Positions 50,787-60,543 of a stretch of DNA of 64,000 nt are shown here, piece by piece. Source of the DNA: a virus (lineage: Duplodnaviria; Caudoviricetes); the IMG/VR virus record IMGVR_UViG_3300028886_000059, positions 32,001-96,000 of that record; one strand, given 5' to 3'. The position numbers and the translations under genes were made by a program. The number at the start of each line of letters is the position of its first letter. Position 1 is the stretch's first letter. The notes under the pieces are model-generated. The model had not been told where the DNA came from and made no database searches. It worked only from the letters and a program-made list of their open reading frames with translations.

Positions 50787-51709
50787 AATGTCAGTTGTTG
50801 TGGCTGCTTTTTCTTTTCTTCCGCAACATTCGTTTGTTCGCCGATGGGTTGAACTGCCGCAGCGTCTTTGCGGTCAACCTTGCCATGCTCCTGTTTCGGT
50901 TCTGCTTCCTTTTCGTTCTGCATCCGTCTGATAGCCCACATTCGGGTACTGACGAATCGCATCGGATTAGTGTATTTCCGTATGCTTGGGATGTTTGTCG
51001 GAAATGGCCACATGGCCTCGTTGATGATATATCCCAGCCTAACCTCGTCGGGTTCGCAAAGCGTATCATGGCAGACAGCCTCGCCGAAACAGTTGTGCAT
51101 CATCATGTTTATTGCCGACATCTTGACGCAGTTGTAATCCAAATCTTCCGCAACAAGATACGGTCTTCTCTCTGCAATCTTCGCTGCATCCCATTTCGCT
51201 TCATCACGCATGGCATCCAGCATCAGTTTGTTTCCAGCAAGCAGAAGTCGGCTTGAGCCAGCCGCAGGGTCACTAATCGTAATCCTTCTACCGAATGTCG
51301 TTTGCGTAGTTGCCCACGTCCTGCCGTAGTCATCCCAATTCCCGCTTCTGATGCAGGTCTGTGCGGTAGCTATGCAGACACTTGGCGGTGTGAAAAACTG
51401 ACCTTTGCCGCCACCGTTGGAGTGCAAAGACATATACAAGTCACCGAAAGCATCATACCAGCCCAGCTTTTCCGTCTGCTCCTTCATTATCAGGAAGTAC
51501 GCCCTTGCCATTTCACCGAAAGCCATAGACTCATCTTTCCCGAATTTCCATCCGTCGGGTTTGTTACCATCGGGGTCGAACATCCATAGCAGGTAATCAA
51601 GAAAGCCCTTAAACACTGTGTCGTAGTCGTAGCCCTTTCTGTGACATAAAGCCGTCATCAGTCTTTCAAGTGGTCTGATAGCGGCCTCGCCCATGTAATC
51701 CTTGCTCAT
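50780..51709 (-). CDS. N-6 DNA methylase-like protein (HsdM-related)
   Basis: GQFFTP and DPAAGSSRLL; no clear NPPY/F motif. Confidence 0.75.
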   Translation of the reverse strand: MSKDYMGEAAIRPLERLMTALCHRKGYDYDTVFKGFLDYLLWMFDPDGNKPDGWKFGKDESMAFGEMARAYFLIMKEQTEKLGWYDAFGDLYMSLHSNGGGKGQFFTPPSVCIATAQTCIRSGNWDDYGRTWATTQTTFGRRITISDPAAGSSRLLLAGNKLMLDAMRDEAKWDAAKIAERRPYLVAEDLDYNCVKMSAINMMMHNCFGEAVCHDTLCEPDEVRLGYIINEAMWPFPTNIPSIRKYTNPMRFVSTRMWAIRRMQNEKEAEPKQEHGKVDRKDAAAVQPIGEQTNVAEEKKKQPQQLTLW

Positions 51710-51988
51710 ACCCCGTGCTTCTTATCGTATTCTTTCATCATGTCACAATCGGCCATACACAGACCATAGTCAATATCGCAGTGCCAGTCGTATATGATAT
51801 GCGGGCAAGTAGCGATGAATGCTTCCCTTTCCTGCATTTCCGTCGAGCCGTCGAAGTAATACCTGCAAACATTCGTATCATCGTTTCTGACAATGCCCCT
51901 TTCGTCGCAAAAGCCCTTACCCATCATGCTCTCCTTGCAGAATTGGGTACTCAGAGGCTTTTTCTTGAAGATGCAGTTTCCACAAGTC

Positions 51989-52831
51989 TTAACCTTTGCC
52001 ATACTTCTTGATGTAGTCCTGCGGCAACATCCCGTATCTTTTCTTGAATGCCTCAATCATATTGGCATGACCTTCTTTGTCAAGGCCATAGACGTTATCA
52101 ACAGTTCCACGCGCTGATTTCAGGACTTCCTCAACATTATCATCCTTCGGCTTCGCCTTGAAGAATGTCGGCTGCGGCTGTTCACCAGTCGATGACGGCA
52201 ACACCTTGGATGTAATTCTTTTCGTCGGGTCTATGCCGTTCTTTTCGCAGTATTCCTTATAGGTGATGGCCGTTAGTTTGTCCTGCTCTTCCTTGAGTGC
52301 TTCCATCTTACGCTCATACTTGTATTTTGCGACGTTTCTTTCAACCATGAACTCACGCAGGGATTTTGTGATTGCCAGCGGGTCAACTGTACCGTAGAAA
52401 TCCGCATACTTACCCAGCTTGAAGTTATAGAAGAAAAGCATCAGTTCCGTTACACGCAGATACGGATATTGCGTCACGATGATTTGCGCCAGCTGCCTCA
52501 GTTGGTTCTCGTTCAGCTTATCCTTTGCACCGACAAACTCTGACAGGTCGAAAAGCTGTGCCACAAGCCACTGTTGCGCCGTGTTGCTAAGATATGCCGC
52601 ATTCAGGTGTGCCAGTGTAGGCACATTGCCGAAATAGCAGAAGAAATCATTCTTGACGGCATCAAACTGTGCATCAGGATTGAATGTTTTCAAAAACTGC
52701 TTATCAGTACCGAACATGCGCTTAATCGTCGCTTTCAGTTCCTTCCGCTCTAAGTTTGCTAATAAGGTTGGCCGCGTCATTAAGGCGTTGCTCTGTTGTT
52801 GTGCCACTTCCATTGTAGGTTTGTTTGCCAT
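51989..52831 (-). CDS. Replication-associated protein (DUF6633-like)
   Basis: ELMLFF..FK.GKY..FYG.VDP motif. Confidence 0.7.
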   Translation of the reverse strand: MANKPTMEVAQQQSNALMTRPTLLANLERKELKATIKRMFGTDKQFLKTFNPDAQFDAVKNDFFCYFGNVPTLAHLNAAYLSNTAQQWLVAQLFDLSEFVGAKDKLNENQLRQLAQIIVTQYPYLRVTELMLFFYNFKLGKYADFYGTVDPLAITKSLREFMVERNVAKYKYERKMEALKEEQDKLTAITYKEYCEKNGIDPTKRITSKVLPSSTGEQPQPTFFKAKPKDDNVEEVLKSARGTVDNVYGLDKEGHANMIEAFKKRYGMLPQDYIKKYGKG

Positions 52832-53408
52832 GATTGAATACCCTTTCATTACCTGCCCATGTCGCAAGCCTTTGACCTATTTCAAACGCGCCTTTGTCGC
52901 GCTCCTTTTCAAAGAGCATCTTCTTACCGCCATCATTCATCTGAGTCCAGTATGAATAGAACTTGTTTAGCATTTCCCTGCCATACTTTTCCAAATACGG
53001 TTTCAGCTTCTCCGCAAACTCTGCCTTTCGTTCATCTAAGGTCTTTTTTGCAGAAGGTACAGGCGTTTTCGGCTGTTCGCCCTTGTCATCGTCTTTATTC
53101 CTTGCTTGTTTTTTGGGCTTTTTTGATGTGATGTATCTTTCAATGTCACAGACGGTTATCTGCAAAACGTTCCTTGTTGTTCCCCGTCTCGTCACCTTGT
53201 TAGTATCGGTTAAGCAGATTTCAGCCTGCTTAAATTTTGCGAGGCAGTTCCGAATGGTCTGCACAGACAATCCAGTATCATTCTCGATTTCGGCATAGGA
53301 CTTTTGCAGCACACCGTCATTCGATTCCAACAGCAGATACAGAAAGAAGTGCTCCATGTTGGCATTACCATTCAGGACGGCCAAAATTTCATCATCCAGC
53401 TGTATCAT
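52722..53408 (-). CDS. Replication initiator-like protein
   Basis: N-terminal winged HTH and C-terminal KFY.YWT.....KM.FE....F...RLATW. Confidence 0.75.
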   Translation of the reverse strand: MIQLDDEILAVLNGNANMEHFFLYLLLESNDGVLQKSYAEIENDTGLSVQTIRNCLAKFKQAEICLTDTNKVTRRGTTRNVLQITVCDIERYITSKKPKKQARNKDDDKGEQPKTPVPSAKKTLDERKAEFAEKLKPYLEKYGREMLNKFYSYWTQMNDGGKKMLFEKERDKGAFEIGQRLATWAGNERVFNHGKQTYNGSGTTTEQRLNDAANLISKLRAEGTESDD

Positions 53409-53410
53409 AC

Positions 53411-54589
53411 TTAATAGAATTTATTGGTTAGTTGTCTGCCGTTTGATTCGACAATCCATTTGCCTCGGCCTGTGTCACGCAACCACAAGTCCTCGACCTT
53501 TCCGAATTGCTGGTAAGTCTTGCACAGGTCAACAATCCAGCCCTTCTTTTCGATATATGGGCGAATTGCACGGCCTACAATCTGATACCACATAGCCAGT
53601 GAACGTGTCGGCCTTGCCATTACGATAGTGTCTAATTCAGGATAGTCAAAGCCAGTGGTCAAAACGGCTGCATTCGCCACGACCTTGATAGTTCCAGCCT
53701 TGAACTCTGCCAATATCCTGTCACGCTCTTTCGTCTTGGTATCTCCAGTTACCAATGCCGCTGTCACACCTTCGGCCATCAGCCTATTCACAAGATAGTC
53801 GGCCTCATAGATGAACCGCGTGAACACCAGTATTCCGTGACGTGGCACTTTGCTGTTATACACCAGCCTGTGCGTTATCTGATATAGCCACTCCTTGATG
53901 TCAACACGCTCATATTCCTCTTGCACCGATTTGTCGGTATAGTCTGCACCTGTGCTGTTGACTACCAGCTTCGACGAATCCCATCCCTTCGGCGGGCAGT
54001 CGAAATAGTCAAGCTGTGCAAGAAATCCCTTCCGTAGCAAATCCTGTATCTGAACATAGTATATCACCCTGTCAAACACTCGCGGATTTGACCGCGTGAT
54101 GAATTTCAGCATTGAGCCGTAATCCTGATATGATACCAGCCTGTAAGGTGTGGCAGTCAGTCCAAGAATCTTTGTGTCGCCCAAAGCCTGAAAGAAATCC
54201 TTATACATTCCTTCCTTCGGATTCACGCGATGGCACTCGTCAACGATGATATACTTGAACCTCTTGAACATTTCAGGATGGCTTTTCACGCTGCCAATCA
54301 TGGCAAACGTTACACGCGAAATCTCTTTCTTCCTGAATGATGCCGAATAGATGCTACAGTCAGTCATGCCATACGAGCAATACTTCTTATAGTTCTGTTC
54401 CAATATCTCTTTGGTCGGCTGAAACACAAGCATGTTATCATCCAGCCTGTTTGCGATGTCTGCAATGATAAGCGATTTCCCGCATCCTGTAGGCGCAACT
54501 ATCAGGCCATTGTATTTCTGACCGTCATTGAAGAAATTCACGGCTGCATCCGATGCTTCCTGTTGATAATCCCTTAATTTGTACGTCAT
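53411..54589 (-). CDS. SF2 DExH helicase
   Basis: LRDYQ, PTGCGKS, DECH, TAT, LTTGFD, QIVGR. Confidence 0.93.
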   Translation of the reverse strand: MTYKLRDYQQEASDAAVNFFNDGQKYNGLIVAPTGCGKSLIIADIANRLDDNMLVFQPTKEILEQNYKKYCSYGMTDCSIYSASFRKKEISRVTFAMIGSVKSHPEMFKRFKYIIVDECHRVNPKEGMYKDFFQALGDTKILGLTATPYRLVSYQDYGSMLKFITRSNPRVFDRVIYYVQIQDLLRKGFLAQLDYFDCPPKGWDSSKLVVNSTGADYTDKSVQEEYERVDIKEWLYQITHRLVYNSKVPRHGILVFTRFIYEADYLVNRLMAEGVTAALVTGDTKTKERDRILAEFKAGTIKVVANAAVLTTGFDYPELDTIVMARPTRSLAMWYQIVGRAIRPYIEKKGWIVDLCKTYQQFGKVEDLWLRDTGRGKWIVESNGRQLTNKFY

Positions 54590-54827
54590 CTTTCAAACCA
54601 GTATTTTTTCGGCCTGTCCTCAATCTGAGGCTCGCCGTTTCGTTTCTCTGACTTTCCACATGCCCGCGTACTGGCACACATATTGCCTTCTCCAGCACTG
54701 CATTCACTTATCTGCGGGTCATTGCCGTACCTGACAATATGCCCGAACTTGCAGTTATAGCAGGTGTCGGCTCGTTCCACTTTTACGGTTGTGGCGGTTG
54801 TTGTTGATGTCCTACCTCTTCCCATTC

Positions 54828-55370
54828 TTAAAACCTTTCAGATTCAAATGCCTTTACCAAGCATTCATAGTATTTGATAAGTTCCTGCAATTCGGGTGCT
54901 GACCATTTCTTTGTCATGTTCGCCCTTCGTCCAAGGGCTTCAACCTTGTCTTTGCCTAACTCCCGAACCTTGTAATATCGCTTTTCTACATCAGCGATAT
55001 TCAGCCCACGGGCGAGGTATTCCTTATATCCTAACTTGTTGATTAGGTTATCCCGATAATTCAAAAGATTGCCCTGTTCAAAACGGTTGCAGTGGCGGCA
55101 CTGGCCATTGCAGTTTTCTTCATCCCATCGTGTATTCATGTTCCGTCGGCTGTGAAAGTGGCCACAATCCATCTGACTGTACGGCTTCGTCTCACCGCAG
55201 GATATACACACAAACTGATAATATCCGAAGTTCCTGCTATCCCTTAGTCTGATGTACTTGCTGAATACCACATCCAGCTTGTCTCTTAACGACTTGATGC
55301 TGGGTGTATGCTTACGGGGCTTTTTCTGCTGAATTTCGGTCTTTTTCTTTGGCTTACTGTTGTATAGCAT
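54828..55370 (-). CDS. ninG: NinG/Rap recombination nuclease
   Basis: FS.YIRLRD...CISCG...DCGHF...N...QC..CN. Confidence 0.88.
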   Translation of the reverse strand: MLYNSKPKKKTEIQQKKPRKHTPSIKSLRDKLDVVFSKYIRLRDSRNFGYYQFVCISCGETKPYSQMDCGHFHSRRNMNTRWDEENCNGQCRHCNRFEQGNLLNYRDNLINKLGYKEYLARGLNIADVEKRYYKVRELGKDKVEALGRRANMTKKWSAPELQELIKYYECLVKAFESERF

Positions 55371-55385
55371 GTTATAAGTTGTTAT

Positions 55386-55490
55386 TGGTGGGATGGCAGG
55401 GAGTCGAACCCTCTTTCAGTGTATTAACGTTTTCTTCTTATGGCACACAAAAAAAAGCTGCTTTGCCGCCCGTGCGACGTTTTCCACCCC
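55386..55490 (-). ncRNA. tRNA-like RNA (acceptor, T-arm and encoded ACCA; no recognisable D or anticodon arm)
   Basis: GGGGTGG/CCATCCC-ACCA and AGGG-TTCGACT-CCCT. Confidence 0.55.
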
Positions 55491-55552
55491 GTTTGAAAAA
55501 CCGCCACGCGCCCACGAATGACGCGAGGCAGTCCTGAATAAAATGAAAGAAG

Positions 55553-56005
55553 TTAATACATAAATTCTTTGTTCGCTTCAATCTGCTGCTGGGCATAGAT
55601 AAGAAACTCATGATTCGATGCGTCAGGCAGCGGTATTCCAATCTGTGCCGACCAGTTCATAAACCTTTCGATAGACAGGCGCATTTCGTCAACTGACAAA
55701 TCGGCTGAACTGCGAAGGTACTCGACGGTCTGACCTTTCCGATTCACGCGGGTAGATGTGAAAATATCCTTGTTGCACCTTTCCTTATAGAACCGAATCT
55801 TTGCTTCGTCAAGCCCACAACCGTATTCACAGGCGAAGAATGCCAAAAGCACATGCAGGTATGCGTTCTGCGACAAAGTGCGCTGGGGTTTCTTCTCGAC
55901 CAGTTCCACGGTGACGGTCTCTTTGTTCTTTACCCGTTCTATCAGCTTCTGAACCTTTTCAATAAACTTGCTAAACTGCAAGTCATCATTAAGCCTGTAT
56001 ATCAT
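55553..56005 (-). CDS. NinB/Orf-like recombination protein
   Basis: RTLSQNAYLH...SSADL...EM...IE. Confidence 0.7.
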   Translation of the reverse strand: MIYRLNDDLQFSKFIEKVQKLIERVKNKETVTVELVEKKPQRTLSQNAYLHVLLAFFACEYGCGLDEAKIRFYKERCNKDIFTSTRVNRKGQTVEYLRSSADLSVDEMRLSIERFMNWSAQIGIPLPDASNHEFLIYAQQQIEANKEFMY

Positions 56006-56022
56006 AGTTTACCTGTTTTGTC

Positions 56023-56592
56023 TTAGAAGGGTAAATCGTTGTTACCTCCTCCAGTCGCTCCGTCAGCAGGTGGCGGGAAAGGAACATTCCCCTCCTGTGG
56101 CTGTGCCGTGTTCTGCGGCTGCTGTACTGCACCCTGCGGCTGTTGGCCTTGGCCTTGGAAACCTGCCGTCGCTCCAGTCTGAGGGATGTTACCAGCACCG
56201 ATTGCAGGTCGCCCGCTGTCGTTGCCGTCACCCTTACCAGTCAGGCAGATGTCAGATGCCACGATGTCAGTCACGTACATCTTTACATCGGAATGTGTCT
56301 TGTGGTCATAGGTGCGATATTGCAGTTCACCAGTTATAAACAGCATGTCACCCTTCTTGACATACTTCTCGACGATTTCTGCCAGCTTGCGCCATGCAAC
56401 GATGTGATGCCATTGAGTGACTTTGGGAACTTCCGTACCATCCTGCCGTTTGTAGCCGCCTTTCGTAGTGGCCAGCGAGAATTGCGCCACCTTGACATTC
56501 GGCTCATTCGGGTTGTCGGTCGGTATTGTGGCAATTTCGGGGTCTTTTCCGACATTGCCCATCAACGTTACTTGATTGAATGATTTTGCCAT
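56023..56592 (-). CDS. ssb: Single-stranded DNA-binding protein
   Basis: NQV.L.GNVGKDPE...FSLAT...WH...KG....GEL; C-terminal DLPF. Confidence 0.95.
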   Translation of the reverse strand: MAKSFNQVTLMGNVGKDPEIATIPTDNPNEPNVKVAQFSLATTKGGYKRQDGTEVPKVTQWHHIVAWRKLAEIVEKYVKKGDMLFITGELQYRTYDHKTHSDVKMYVTDIVASDICLTGKGDGNDSGRPAIGAGNIPQTGATAGFQGQGQQPQGAVQQPQNTAQPQEGNVPFPPPADGATGGGNNDLPF

Positions 56593-56704
56593 TGTATTTT
56601 GGTTTTTGAAAGTTCAAAGGATAGTGGCAGCGGTTTTCCCAAATCACTGCCACCGAGGTCTCATAATTGCTATTTACGATTTATTCTAAACAAGTTGCTA
56701 AAGT

Positions 56705-57601
56705 CTATCTTACCTTCAATGTCAGACTTTCCTTTACGTTGGTTTCCTTGAGATACTTGTTATACAAGTCCTCATTGTCTGCCATCAGCTGTTTGGAGTC
56801 GAAACGCTTCTGCGTAGATGCGGCCTTGAGTGTAATCAGCACCTTTCCAGTGTCGATTGACTTCTTGCCGTCAGCGGCCATGCGCTGCATCAAGTCGGCC
56901 TTGATTTTCTCCAGTTCCTCGTCGATTTCGGCCTTGCGCTGTGACAGGGCGATGATTGACTCCTCCTCGATAGAAACGTAGTCGGGGATTTCGCTTGCCC
57001 ATGTGAAAGGCATGTCGTTGATGTCTGCATGAAGCAACTCCTTGACAAGTTCCACTGGCTTGCGCTCAACCGCTATCAGGCGGGCGATGTCACCGCGAAG
57101 CCACAGGCCATACAAGCCCTTGACGGGGATATTGGGATTCATCAGTTCAAAGAAATAGGCATAGATTGACAGCTGCCACGATACCGATTCCTTGTCAAAC
57201 TTTGATGTGGTCTTTGCATCGACCAAGAAAACGGCTGGCGTTCCGTCGGTCATCACGATGTCAACAGATGAAGCGTAATTCTCGCCATCGGTGACAAGGT
57301 ACTCGTTTTCCACCGTTTTCAGCCCGTGCTCTTCTTTCAGCTTCAGATAGTTCTTAACCTCCTGCACGTCGGGATTGACACCCAGCGAATCAGCCAGTTC
57401 TATCTGTTCGTGAATGAACGAGCCTCTTTCGGCTGCACGTTCCATCATTTCCTTCGACACAAACTTGTATTTGTCGGGGAAAAGTCGGCGTTCCAGTACA
57501 CCAGTAACGCCCTGTAGCTGCTTGCCGTTCAGCCAGTACTCATGCTCTTCCTGCTTGAACTCAACAGCACACTTTGCTAATTTGATTTTCTTTGTTGCCA
57601 T
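56705..57601 (-). CDS. PD-(D/E)XK exonuclease
   Basis: H.Y...GVT...RG..IH...D...DAKT...QL..YA. Confidence 0.8.
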   Translation of the reverse strand: MATKKIKLAKCAVEFKQEEHEYWLNGKQLQGVTGVLERRLFPDKYKFVSKEMMERAAERGSFIHEQIELADSLGVNPDVQEVKNYLKLKEEHGLKTVENEYLVTDGENYASSVDIVMTDGTPAVFLVDAKTTSKFDKESVSWQLSIYAYFFELMNPNIPVKGLYGLWLRGDIARLIAVERKPVELVKELLHADINDMPFTWASEIPDYVSIEEESIIALSQRKAEIDEELEKIKADLMQRMAADGKKSIDTGKVLITLKAASTQKRFDSKQLMADNEDLYNKYLKETNVKESLTLKVR

Positions 57602-57611
57602 AATGATTTAA

Positions 57612-58418
57612 TTATTTTTTCTTGACTGTCTTTTTCTTTGCTGATAATGCCGCCGAAATGACTGCAAATCCACCTTTGCTCACCTGACCGTTATAACTGT
57701 TATAGATGTCGGTAAGATGCTTGATAGTCGTGGCCTTCTCGATTTCCGAAAGTGCCTTTTGCACAAGTGCCGTCTCTTCATTCTGAGGAGCCTGTGCGGT
57801 CGGTGCGGGGATGCCTACTTGCGGTGTTCCTGTAGGTGCTGGCAAACTGCTTTCCGATGACGGAGCAGGCTGCTCTTGGTTCTGAATGGTTTTGGGCGTA
57901 TGTGCGTTTGGATAGCTGTATCTTAACCGTCCGAAAGCATCCACGATGAACAGTTTATTAATCTTGCGGCTGTCATTGTAGCCGATGTCGCTTACAAAGA
58001 ACCAGTTGTTCCGAACCTTGCCGTCTTTGCCGAAATCGTCTTGGCAAAGGTTGATGAACAGGTCTTTTGGTGCTGAATAGAGTTCTCGGCCAATGCCGAT
58101 GTTCACGCAGGCACGTTTGAAAGCGTCACTGGCCTCGCCTTTCTCCTTGGCCGTGAACGTTTCCTTTCCGACATCCTGCTTCGATACCCACTGCTTAGTG
58201 GTCTCGTCATAGATTTCTACCGTACAGAACAGTTCAGTGTCAATCAACTGATGGCTTCGCTTCCATCCGAAAATCCCGAATGTCTCATCGAGCACGGCTT
58301 GGTCGCAGCGGGCATCCTTATACAATGCCAGCTGACACCAGCTGTTGTTTTTCGCTGTCTGTAGCACCCTGCACTGGATTTCCTCCGCCAGCAGGGTTCT
58401 GATTTCTACATTTCGCAT
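57612..58418 (-). CDS. Sak/Rad52-like single-strand annealing protein
   Basis: LYKDAR...LDE..G...W...EKG.ASDAFKRA....GIGRELY. Confidence 0.88.
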   Translation of the reverse strand: MRNVEIRTLLAEEIQCRVLQTAKNNSWCQLALYKDARCDQAVLDETFGIFGWKRSHQLIDTELFCTVEIYDETTKQWVSKQDVGKETFTAKEKGEASDAFKRACVNIGIGRELYSAPKDLFINLCQDDFGKDGKVRNNWFFVSDIGYNDSRKINKLFIVDAFGRLRYSYPNAHTPKTIQNQEQPAPSSESSLPAPTGTPQVGIPAPTAQAPQNEETALVQKALSEIEKATTIKHLTDIYNSYNGQVSKGGFAVISAALSAKKKTVKKK

Positions 58419-58554
58419 AACTTCTTCATTTTTTATAATTAAAAAAGGGGATTATCTTTTCCAGTAGTACCAATGCTCCCCTGCCCGAATTGACAGGGGA
58501 GCGCATCGCTTGGCTTTTAGCTTATCACCAAGACGGGCATCTCAGGTTCCTACA

Positions 58555-58866
58555 TCAGATATGGAGATTTTCATTCATTACGTTTTTAAGCCTGACAGAC
58601 ATCAGCAGCTTCTTCGTGTCGGCGAAAGAAAACAGGCATGACGTGTTCTTTCCGTTATCCTGCCTCTGTTTCAGCAGACCGTCGGCAATCCAGCGGTCAA
58701 TGATACAGGGCTTGAATCCCATACGGCTGACATACCGCTTTATCTCAGACCTTTTCACATAGTCCTGTTCGGGCTCGATGCTTCTCCTGTATTCCTGTAC
58801 GCCAGCATCTACGGCAGACGCACACAACTCCATCAGCGTTTGGAGTTTGATAGTAACTGTTTCCAT
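58555..58866 (-). CDS. Excisionase-like winged-helix protein
   Basis: 103 aa, RWI..GLL motif, early operon position. Confidence 0.45.
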   Translation of the reverse strand: METVTIKLQTLMELCASAVDAGVQEYRRSIEPEQDYVKRSEIKRYVSRMGFKPCIIDRWIADGLLKQRQDNGKNTSCLFSFADTKKLLMSVRLKNVMNENLHI

Positions 58867-58870
58867 TGCC

Positions 58871-59086
58871 TTAGTCGTTGTTGATTATACACATCAGCCC
58901 AAGCGGGGCATTCTTCGTGATAGAATATCGCTTGTGGCCTATCTTTCCATTGATTTCAGATGCTTTCGCCCTGAATGACTTCACGTTGACTTTCGACAGG
59001 TCGAACTCCCGAATGTCACCAGCCTGAACACCACGAATGGTTTTCTCAAGAAAGCCGTTGCGATAGGTTTTTCTTCTTTTCTTCAT
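58871..59086 (-). CDS. Small basic DNA-binding-like protein
   Basis: 71 aa basic ORF after tRNA-Gln. Confidence 0.45.
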   Translation of the reverse strand: MKKRRKTYRNGFLEKTIRGVQAGDIREFDLSKVNVKSFRAKASEINGKIGHKRYSITKNAPLGLMCIINND

Positions 59087-59102
59087 CTTCTTTTCCTTTT
59101 AG

Positions 59103-59173
59103 TTGGAGAAACGGGAGTCGAACCCATACAAACAGACCCAAATTCTGTTGTGCTACCATTACACCATTCTCCA
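59103..59173 (-). tRNA. tRNA-Gln (TTG)
   Basis: TGGAGAA/TTCTCCA acceptor, ACAGA-ATTTGGG-TCTGT anticodon arm, TTCGACT T-loop. Confidence 0.85.
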
Positions 59174-59393
59174 GTATGACGGCCTTTTGAGCCGCCCACC
59201 TTGAACACCGCCATGTCGTCACCGTCAACAGCCGCAGGATTTAAGCGGCCATCCACCCACATGTTACCCTTTCCGATTTTTTGGGGATTGCGCAGATACT
59301 CTCACATGCTTTAGGCTCGCTTTCGGTATAGGTCGCGCCCCTTAACGCTTCCAAATGTACTCGCTTGTGGTGCGTGTTCTGATACAAGACTTG

Positions 59394-59465
59394 TAGCCAC
59401 AGGCAGAATCGAACTGCCCTTCCAAGGTTGAAAACCTTGTGTCCTAACCGATAGACGATGCGGCC
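59394..59465 (-). tRNA. tRNA-Glu (TTC)
   Basis: GGCCGCA/TGTGGCT acceptor, CAAGG-TTTTCAA-CCTTG anticodon arm, TTCGATT T-loop. Confidence 0.9.
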
Positions 59466-59779
59466 AGCAGCCCGTATTTGAAGGTGCGGGCAACCTTATA
59501 TTTTATATATAATGTGATACGTTCATCCGAAAATAGGATGTTCCAGCCATTATACTTACGTTCTTTTCAAATAACAGATGCCATTGCTGGCATCCCATCA
59601 GTCGAAGCGGCTTATTTTGTTCACCGCTCCCGATGACCTGATTTCAACGCCAAAAGATGCTTCAATGCAGCCATTGCCGCGACACCTCTCCGTTTACTTT
59701 CAGGATTAGCCTTTATTGTTCCACTATGTCAAAGAACTCCGTTTGCCTGTTCGCCGTTGCTGGCGAGACTGGCTACGCA

Positions 59780-60124
59780 TCAGAACCGATTCCTAAAGAA
59801 CCAGCCATTTGCCAGTGACGGGGATTTTTCAAAATCACATCGGGGGTCTTCGGCCTCCTCGTAATCAACCTCCCACCAGTCGGGCAACTGCGATGCTATC
59901 TTCTCCTCCAGCAATGGCGACTGATGCTCGTTAAGAGTTCCGTCAGCGTCATAGTGGTAGATAATGACTTCTTTTTCTGTCGGTGACATCGAGACTTCAA
60001 TCTCCGTGTGACCAAATTCACGCAGGGTAATACGTGCGGTTTTTTCACCAGCGGCCTTGTTGTCTGCCACCGAAACCTTCACGGCCTCCTTCACCTTATT
60101 TATAATAATGCTTAAATTCTTCAT
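59780..60124 (-). CDS. Hypothetical early protein
   Basis: ATG 60124 downstream of the promoter at 60197. Confidence 0.5.
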   Translation of the reverse strand: MKNLSIIINKVKEAVKVSVADNKAAGEKTARITLREFGHTEIEVSMSPTEKEVIIYHYDADGTLNEHQSPLLEEKIASQLPDWWEVDYEEAEDPRCDFEKSPSLANGWFFRNRF

Positions 60125-60543
60125 TTTTTCAGCTTCTTTTTTGCCAGTCTGCAAAATATTCACTATATTTGCAGATGTATTAACGATTTCTGTTTGCAAA
60201 GATAGTGCTTATTTTCAGAACTACCAAGAAAAAGTCTGATTATTTGCAGAATGTTTGTATTTCTTAACGAGGTGAAACGGTTTTTAAGAAATTAAATAAC
60301 TTTATTTGCCAACGTTTTGAGAAAGTTGCAAAGTTTAATATCTTAAAATGCACAGTATTTCGTTGATGGCGGTCTTTGATATTCTGACCCTGCTCAGACG
60401 GCCTTTCTGATTTAAGGTGATGATTTGCCGCTTTTCGGCGTTTTTTCACGTTCTATACGGTTTTCTGTCTGCTCACGCGCATACTGGAGAGCGCGGGTGC
60501 GCTATAATTGAGTGCTTTCTTTATGGGTGCGGTTTTGAATACA

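Noticed and set aside
55386-55490. tmRNA
   Set aside because: Too short, no G3-U70 pair and no evident tag reading frame.
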